From Candidatus Bathyarchaeia archaeon (GTDB lineage Archaea; Thermoproteota; Bathyarchaeia; Bathyarchaeales; Bathycorpusculaceae): a stretch of 33,657 nt of DNA. Positions within the stretch are counted from its first letter, which is position 1. Each line of letters begins with the position of its first letter. The stretch spans positions 1 through 33,657 of the forward strand of contig JBAYSO010000001.1 in the NCBI GenBank assembly GCA_041676085.1. Direction: 5' to 3'. A program made the position numbers and the translations under genes. This document shows positions 27,624 to 33,657 of the stretch, one piece after another. The notes under the pieces are model-generated. The model was not told the origin of the DNA. It did no database searches and was given only the letters and a program-made list of their open reading frames with translations.

Positions 27624-30377
27624 TTATTGTTTGATTACGGTTATGTCGTCGAACTCTGCCGTTGAAGAGTAATGGGTATACATTGCGGTGGAGCCGGCGA
27701 AGTCATCCAACCAGGCATGGCTGATTTGCATGTGCAGATGGCCATTTACCCAAACGTATGCTTTTGTGCCGATGATGTCTATGTCTATAGTATTTGTGTT
27801 AAATGGATTCAACCCAGCATTAACGCTCCATTGAACCTTATCCCAGTTGCGGTATATTGCAAATTCTAGATAGCCGTTGGTATGAATTAATGCATAGGCC
27901 ATATTATTCCATTGACTGTCATGTTTGGCTATTACCCAAGCCGTATCCCATGTGTCAGCACCTGCTGTGATTGTTCTTACCTGTACCCGAACATGTCGAT
28001 CGTTTGAGAATTGGTCATTTGTGCGTATCAATGAAAGGCCCTGTTGAGCTCTTAGAATCCCACTGCTAGCTGTCCATGACCCTTGGTTGACTGTCCAGCC
28101 ATTGTAATTTCCGTCGGTAAAGTCATCGCCGAATGCTTTCAAATGTATTCTTCCGTTGCCATAGATTTCGAGAGTAGAAGTGCTCCATTCTGGCGGGACA
28201 TACATGTTCCACCAAATGGGGGCAAATCCAGTATGCAAGGGAGTTGACAAGAAAGGTCCACCAATGAACTGGTTGGAGGCTGCATTTAGAGCTTCAATTA
28301 CTGACTCATCTAGAGCTACAGCATGATAGAAAAAGCTGACAACCCACCAGTAATATGGATTGCCCCCTCCCCCGCCATAGGGTATGCCCTGCTCCAAAGA
28401 TGCTGAACCTCTTGGAAAGCCTATGAAGACTTGAGAGCCATCATCAGGGTGGCTAAAACCATCATTACTCATCTGTACATCAATGTTTGTTATTGTATCC
28501 CATGGTTTAACCTCGCGGTGTGTAAAAGCATACGGTATTCCAAGTGCTCGGCCATTATTATAGCCCTGATATGGGTCACCTGTCACAGGGTTTGTCAAAC
28601 TTGCAGATAAACAGGTATTAATAAAGGCCAGTGTTGTCTTTCCACGATCGCAGTCATCTATTGCATTGTATATTTCCTCGTCATAGATGCCATGTGAGGG
28701 GTCCCAATAATAGTTATTAGGGTAATCGCTGCCAATGCCTGTACCAGTCTGGTCTTCGAACATGAAATGTAACTGACCGTTTATGTAGTTACCGACACCA
28801 TGATCGAACGTAACAAATGCTACTCGGCTGCTATCGGCTGTTTTGAGGTTAATATCATTGTTGAGAATTTGCGTTTTTGTCGAACCAGGGTTTCTGTGAC
28901 CTTGATGATTGTATGCATAGAAACCACCTTCTTGGAACCAATTTGTAAGGTAAACAGATGTGTCCCTTTGATATACGCGTTCATTGTAACTTTTTCTCCA
29001 GTTGTCATTAGGTGATGCGTAACCTGGTTGATCTGCACCACTGCTCTCGGAACCCCAAACAATGCCTGTTTTTGACCACGCGCTGACTGGTGAGAGGGGA
29101 GCCAACAATGCTATCGATAATGTTAAAATGCAAAGCAGTATTCCTAAAGTCTTAGAGTGCCCAGCCTTCATTATGGATTCCAAGCGTATTTGTTTCTTTT
29201 TGTAAACCAGAATTGAGGTAGTTGCTGTTGACATAACAATAGTCATGAGTGCAACCCAAAGAATCAAGCTGTAACTTACCTCAGTTATTTGTTGTTGATT
29301 GGTTTCTTTTTTTGTTACGTTTATGTCTGCAGTTGGCACTCCCTCTGGAGCGGGCACGGTAGACCAGGCCTCGTGTACACCTCTAACTTCTCTCGTGTCT
29401 GCCCAAATATCAACCTCTATCCCATATAGCGATCCATACCATTTGTCCAGTACAACACCGATTTTCCAAGTAGGGTAAAGCTCTAAAGCATCTGCACTTC
29501 GAGGTTTGCTAGCGTTTAACGAATGATCGAAAAGAAGAGATGCCCAGCATATGTTTGTTTGATTGACGTTTATTTCATTGAAGGCATAGTCGTCGAGTTT
29601 AAGTGTATGAGCGTAATTTCTGGCAGCGTCTATTGCGATAGTTATAGCTTCTTCTTCAGAGAGATTTACGTTTGTACTTCCAATGTTAAAGAACTGCCAA
29701 TTGTCTACAAATGCGGCTAAAAAGTCACCTTCAAAGCCCAAAGTTACGTACTTGGTGTAAGGAGCTTCAACACCGTTTGCAGTGTAATACCACTTGAAAT
29801 TAGTGTAATCATCAAATGAAATCATTTCAAGAGCTATGTCGCCTGTAACCTTAGTAATGTTTTTACCCATGTCAACGTTGCTCAGAGTAGATATTAGGTT
29901 TCCGAAAAGCTTATTGTTAGTATAGTTTTGGTAACTGTTTAGGAATTTTTTTGCATTTTCAACATGGTCGATGCTGGCTTCTGCTTTGATTAGGTTAGGT
30001 GTACCTTCCCTACCAAGAACTTGTATCATTTGTAGTTTGTTATTTCCATAAGTATACTGAACCGTTAATTTACTATTTTCAGAGGTTAGAGAATATGCAA
30101 TGTTTTCTTGAGAAACGAGGTTTAAGTAGGTAACTGACATGTTATCCTTTGGGTACGCTTTTGCTTCTATAGAGTACTTTTCCATGTCGAGCCCAAAAAT
30201 GGTATTTAAGGCGTTAAAGCTTTGCTGCTGAATCTCGCTGGTTGGTTGTGCATAAACTGTGGGCATAAGCCCAGAGTAAGTAGCACTGATTGTTAGCAAC
30301 GATAGAATGAAAACAGTTGTGATAAATAGATTTTTTTTCTTGCTAAAGCTTATTTTTCCATTTTTCATATTGTTCAC
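27624..30377 (-). CDS. Fusion protein: PepSY-like ectodomain, TM, internal signal peptide, putative clan CD peptidase, ConA/LamG-like domain
   Basis: LSEEEAITIA..YPTWKI..IEVDIWADTREV; two hydrophobic segments; FVTFDHG, AFINTC, ALNAAS, IYGNG; DDFTDG..WTVNQGSW..AEFDDITV. Confidence 0.72.
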   Translation of the reverse strand: MNNMKNGKISFSKKKNLFITTVFILSLLTISATYSGLMPTVYAQPTSEIQQQSFNALNTIFGLDMEKYSIEAKAYPKDNMSVTYLNLVSQENIAYSLTSENSKLTVQYTYGNNKLQMIQVLGREGTPNLIKAEASIDHVENAKKFLNSYQNYTNNKLFGNLISTLSNVDMGKNITKVTGDIALEMISFDDYTNFKWYYTANGVEAPYTKYVTLGFEGDFLAAFVDNWQFFNIGSTNVNLSEEEAITIAIDAARNYAHTLKLDDYAFNEINVNQTNICWASLLFDHSLNASKPRSADALELYPTWKIGVVLDKWYGSLYGIEVDIWADTREVRGVHEAWSTVPAPEGVPTADINVTKKETNQQQITEVSYSLILWVALMTIVMSTATTSILVYKKKQIRLESIMKAGHSKTLGILLCILTLSIALLAPLSPVSAWSKTGIVWGSESSGADQPGYASPNDNWRKSYNERVYQRDTSVYLTNWFQEGGFYAYNHQGHRNPGSTKTQILNNDINLKTADSSRVAFVTFDHGVGNYINGQLHFMFEDQTGTGIGSDYPNNYYWDPSHGIYDEEIYNAIDDCDRGKTTLAFINTCLSASLTNPVTGDPYQGYNNGRALGIPYAFTHREVKPWDTITNIDVQMSNDGFSHPDDGSQVFIGFPRGSASLEQGIPYGGGGGNPYYWWVVSFFYHAVALDESVIEALNAASNQFIGGPFLSTPLHTGFAPIWWNMYVPPEWSTSTLEIYGNGRIHLKAFGDDFTDGNYNGWTVNQGSWTASSGILRAQQGLSLIRTNDQFSNDRHVRVQVRTITAGADTWDTAWVIAKHDSQWNNMAYALIHTNGYLEFAIYRNWDKVQWSVNAGLNPFNTNTIDIDIIGTKAYVWVNGHLHMQISHAWLDDFAGSTAMYTHYSSTAEFDDITVIKQ

Positions 30378-30698
30378 CTGTATAAAGGCGAATAAAGACT
30401 ATTTTCTTCTATGGTGTATTAAAAATCTTATATCAGAAACAACCATTAATTAGGCTTCTTAATTCATTGTCAATCCAATGAATGTAAGCATATTGGTGTT
30501 GCTCAAAAAATGAACAACCTGTAGTGCAATGGCAATTATTTTAATAAGACATCGCCAACTATAAACACGGGCATGACGCCTGCTATTTTGTTAACCTGAT
30601 AATAATCTCTAGTTCCTTGGATAGGTCGCCCCCCACTCCTGAAAATTTTTCCGTAAAATATATTATTAACCTTAACCGATTTCCAGATTGGACACACT

Positions 30699-31859
30699 AT
30701 GAGCCAAAAAACTATTTCGGCTTTTATACTTATTTGCCTATCTGTCACTGGAGCAATTGCTGTTAATTCTACCCGAGCTGCTGACACTTCCGATTCTTGG
30801 ATTGAAAAGGCACCTATGAATGAGGCAAGAAGCGGGTTAGGCGTCGCTGCTGTAGATGGGAAAATCTATGCTATAGGCGGCTCAACTGCCAATGGGTCAG
30901 CAACAAGTAGTCCTCCCCAATTAATCATAACTAACGAAAGATTTGTTGACGGTTTTGTAGGTACAAATGAGGAATACGATCCCATAACAGATACTTGGAC
31001 CTACAAAGAAAGCATGCCAACTGCGAGAATCGGCTTTGCTACTGCGGTTTACCAAAATAAAATTTATTGTATAGGCGGAAGAACAAGTAGCGGTTATACT
31101 GCAGTGAATGAGGTTTATGACCCTAAAACTAACACATGGGACGTTAAGGCATCCATGCCTACCCCCAAAGCTTGGATAACAGCAAGCATTGTTGGAGATA
31201 AAATCTATGTAGTAGGAGGCGGCGTTTATGACCCAGTCAGAGATTCTTGGTCTTCCAATGAGTCTATAGCACTTTCTAAGTCAGTTAGCGATTCCTGGGC
31301 GCTAAACGAATCTATAGCACCATACGACATCTTTGCTTCAGCATCTCTTAACACGAAAATATACATTGTAGGCGGTTTCTCACAGGACCTGTGGCATAAC
31401 AAGAACTTAATTTACGATACAGAAACAGACATGTTTAGCTCTGGTTCATACCCACCGTCTAGTATAGCTACGGGTGCAGCAGTTGCTTTCGATGAAAAGG
31501 TCTTTGTTTTTGGGTATTCGCAAAACTTTGATTTTACTCACATTTATGATCCCTTCAGTGATAACTGGACTATTGGTTCTAGTCCCCCTATTAGTTATCT
31601 CTTCAATTTCGGCATAGCCAACGTAGGTGATAAATTGTATGTGATAGGCGGCTTCACTTACAACATGATAACATTTACGCCCAGCAGCGCCAATCAGCAG
31701 TATACTCCAGCGCAAATAGTAACACCTTCGCCGACGCAAATGTCTCCGCAAGAAAATGAATTAGGGATTTCTCCTTTGCTGATTATTTTGCCATTCGTTT
31801 TATTGGTTGTTATAGGAGTTGGTTTACTTCTATTTTTTAAAAAAGTAAAAAGAAAATAG
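30699..31859 (+). CDS. Kelch-repeat surface protein
   Basis: Repeated GKIYAIGG/KIYCIGG/YDP..W..MPT blades; signal peptide; C-terminal TM followed by KKVKRK. Confidence 0.92.
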   Translation: MSQKTISAFILICLSVTGAIAVNSTRAADTSDSWIEKAPMNEARSGLGVAAVDGKIYAIGGSTANGSATSSPPQLIITNERFVDGFVGTNEEYDPITDTWTYKESMPTARIGFATAVYQNKIYCIGGRTSSGYTAVNEVYDPKTNTWDVKASMPTPKAWITASIVGDKIYVVGGGVYDPVRDSWSSNESIALSKSVSDSWALNESIAPYDIFASASLNTKIYIVGGFSQDLWHNKNLIYDTETDMFSSGSYPPSSIATGAAVAFDEKVFVFGYSQNFDFTHIYDPFSDNWTIGSSPPISYLFNFGIANVGDKLYVIGGFTYNMITFTPSSANQQYTPAQIVTPSPTQMSPQENELGISPLLIILPFVLLVVIGVGLLLFFKKVKRK

Positions 31860-32041
31860 AAGCGGAAAGGTGTCGCTAGCTATGACCTTTCTTAGTTTTT
31901 GAACCCTCTGAATTTCATCCACTCTACTTGTAGTTTAGAATCAGCTGCAAAAAAAGTTTTGTTGTTCTTTGAATGAGCACACTGTTCCAAACATTAGCTT
32001 TAAGTTCTAAATTAACAAACAAGTACTATGAGGTTAGGTAC

Positions 32042-33346
32042 ATGAGCCATAGTCCTACTCAATTGTTTGCTTTAACCGTTATAGCACTACTATTATCGGC
32101 TATGGTTTTAGCGCTTTCTCCTGCATCGGGACAACTCAATCTGGCTAGTACATCAAGCACTATTCCCCAAGCAGACCAAGAATTCGCCAACGGCACACTC
32201 GCCTCTAACAATGCGCCCTTCAAAGTCTGGTACAACTGGGTAAACGTTTCAAACACACAAATCCTCTACTATGCAGCCTACACCACGCCAGATTATCCCT
32301 TTCCAGTTCCAATCGCCAACATCGTAGGCCAACACTTCAGTTTAGAAGATGGCACCCAAGTTTTCATTGCCAGCGCTCTATCTGAATTGGAGGTTTACCA
32401 TGACCTCAACGGCGACGGCATCCCACAAACCAACACAGGCGCAGATGAGAATGAGGTTCTCTACTACATTTACTCTAACATGAGCCAAGGCTACAGCATG
32501 ACACCCATCCAGAAAACAACAATCGATTCAGTTCCACATTACCAGTGGAGCTTCACCTACCAAAACGCTTATGCATACCTGCAAAATGCTCAGGCACGAG
32601 TCGGCGTTGTTGCAAGAATGTTCTTTGAGCACTTAACCCTAAACTACGATTTTAGCGTACAGGGGAATGTTTCTGATTTGAAGACAAGCTTTGACATAGG
32701 AAAAGTCACCAACCTCGAAGTTCTTGAGCCCTCCGAGTTTTCCTCTTTCGACGACTTAAGCTTAGCTTTACTATACGCCACAGCCACCTACACATCAAAA
32801 CCCTACTCAACTTCTGTTAATGGGCAGCCATACGACTCTTCCACAGCAGATTCAGCGGTAGGAGCAGACGTTGCCGAAGTAAAGGTGGACGATGTTAAAG
32901 CTTATGACTTTGTCTTCGGGGGAAACTATACGCTAAACAGGGACGGCAGCACTGAGACCCATGGTGCAAGTGTGGAAACCTATGAAGCGCAGGCTCAAGC
33001 GGTTCCAGCTACGGGATTGCCAACGATTTATGGTCCAACAGTACGAAGCATCGGCTTCTTTACTGACTACCTAAACCTGGCTGATCTTTTCGGCGGTTCA
33101 TGGCCAAGCGTTAACTCAAACTACGAGTCCTCATCGCTAATCTATCGAATCTGCTTCCCAGAATGGGATGGCATGCAAATAGAGCACGACCCAACATTCC
33201 TCGGATACATATACAACAACCAAGAAATCCCAGAAATACCAACAATAACGCTAATCATAATCCCAATAGTAATCGCTAGCTCACTGGCACTATTATTCCA
33301 AAGAAAACGCAGACTCACAAAGCCTCAGTCAAGAAAGTTTGACTAA
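32042..33346 (+). CDS. Secreted protein with PEF-CTERM-like sorting tail
   Basis: ATG 32042 precedes the signal peptide; DLNGDG Ca-loop-like motif, IEHDP, then IPEIP, TM and RKRR. Confidence 0.75.
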   Translation: MSHSPTQLFALTVIALLLSAMVLALSPASGQLNLASTSSTIPQADQEFANGTLASNNAPFKVWYNWVNVSNTQILYYAAYTTPDYPFPVPIANIVGQHFSLEDGTQVFIASALSELEVYHDLNGDGIPQTNTGADENEVLYYIYSNMSQGYSMTPIQKTTIDSVPHYQWSFTYQNAYAYLQNAQARVGVVARMFFEHLTLNYDFSVQGNVSDLKTSFDIGKVTNLEVLEPSEFSSFDDLSLALLYATATYTSKPYSTSVNGQPYDSSTADSAVGADVAEVKVDDVKAYDFVFGGNYTLNRDGSTETHGASVETYEAQAQAVPATGLPTIYGPTVRSIGFFTDYLNLADLFGGSWPSVNSNYESSSLIYRICFPEWDGMQIEHDPTFLGYIYNNQEIPEIPTITLIIIPIVIASSLALLFQRKRRLTKPQSRKFD

Positions 33347-33391
33347 AATCAACCGACTTAGTCAAGAAATATTGACCAAAACGCTTTTACA
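33328..33391 (+). promoter_or_regulatory. Two tandem GTCAA-N6-TTGAC palindromes plus BRE/TATA-like sequence
   Basis: 33328-33343 and 33361-33376, followed by caaaacgcttttaca. Confidence 0.7.
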
Positions 33392-33450
33392 CAAAAAACA
33401 ACCGCTCTTTAGTAAAAAATTAAAGCGATAATAGTAAGATGAGGGGGTGA

Positions 33451-33657
33451 AAAGATTTACCTTCTAAGGAACCGAGCGCCATCCTCAGAGGTAAAACTCT
33501 TGATATCTATCTTCTTATGCTAAAAAACAGAAAACCTCTAGGGGTTAGAGAAGTGCAACGAGAGTTAAACCTAAGCAGTCACTCAGTTGCCAGGTATCAC
33601 CTTTCTAAGCTAGAAAATGAGGGATTAGTAAGACGAAAAAACGGCAAATATGCTGTC
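33451..33657 (+). CDS. Winged-HTH transcriptional regulator; runs off the window, start unclear
   Basis: LRGKTLDIYLLMLKNRKPLGVREVQRELNLSSHSVARYHLSKLENEGLVRRKNGKY. Confidence 0.8.

Noticed and set aside
149-32256. Many short ORFs antisense to or nested in longer genes (e.g. 149-367, 869-1180, 13851-14102, 15380-15592, 19898-20251, 31446-31751)
   Set aside because: They overlap well-supported CDSs and show no independent motifs
19710-33346. Diversity-generating retroelement acting on surface proteins
   Set aside because: No reverse transcriptase and no adenine-specific TR/VR repeat pair seen

Overview
Archaeal chromosomal window; gene content and protein style suggest Bathyarchaeia/TACK (inference). 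Left part (1-14.4 kb) is AT-rich and mixes housekeeping and hypothetical genes: tRNA-Asp, a stand-alone aIF2-alpha, a YoaP/GNAT protein, a minimal kinase-like protein, NreA, a Nudix hydrolase, an SPFH protein and two decayed genes. The middle part (14.6-20.9 kb) holds an IS110 transposase relic that ends exactly at the 3' end of tRNA-Arg(TCG). Next to it is a small integrative element with a Zn-ribbon/tyrosine integrase, a divergent AbrB-like/wHTH switch with paired operators, an array of purine/pyrimidine hairpins with unique loops, orphan ORFs and a degenerate tRNA 3'-end copy. The right part (19.7-33.6 kb) is an island of secreted or membrane-anchored proteins. Best candidate for an undescribed system: a secreted gingipain/caspase-fold (clan CD) peptidase paired with a membrane-anchored PepSY-like protein. 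It occurs once as two genes and once as a fused polyprotein with an internal signal peptide. All calls come from manual reading of motifs; no database search was run.
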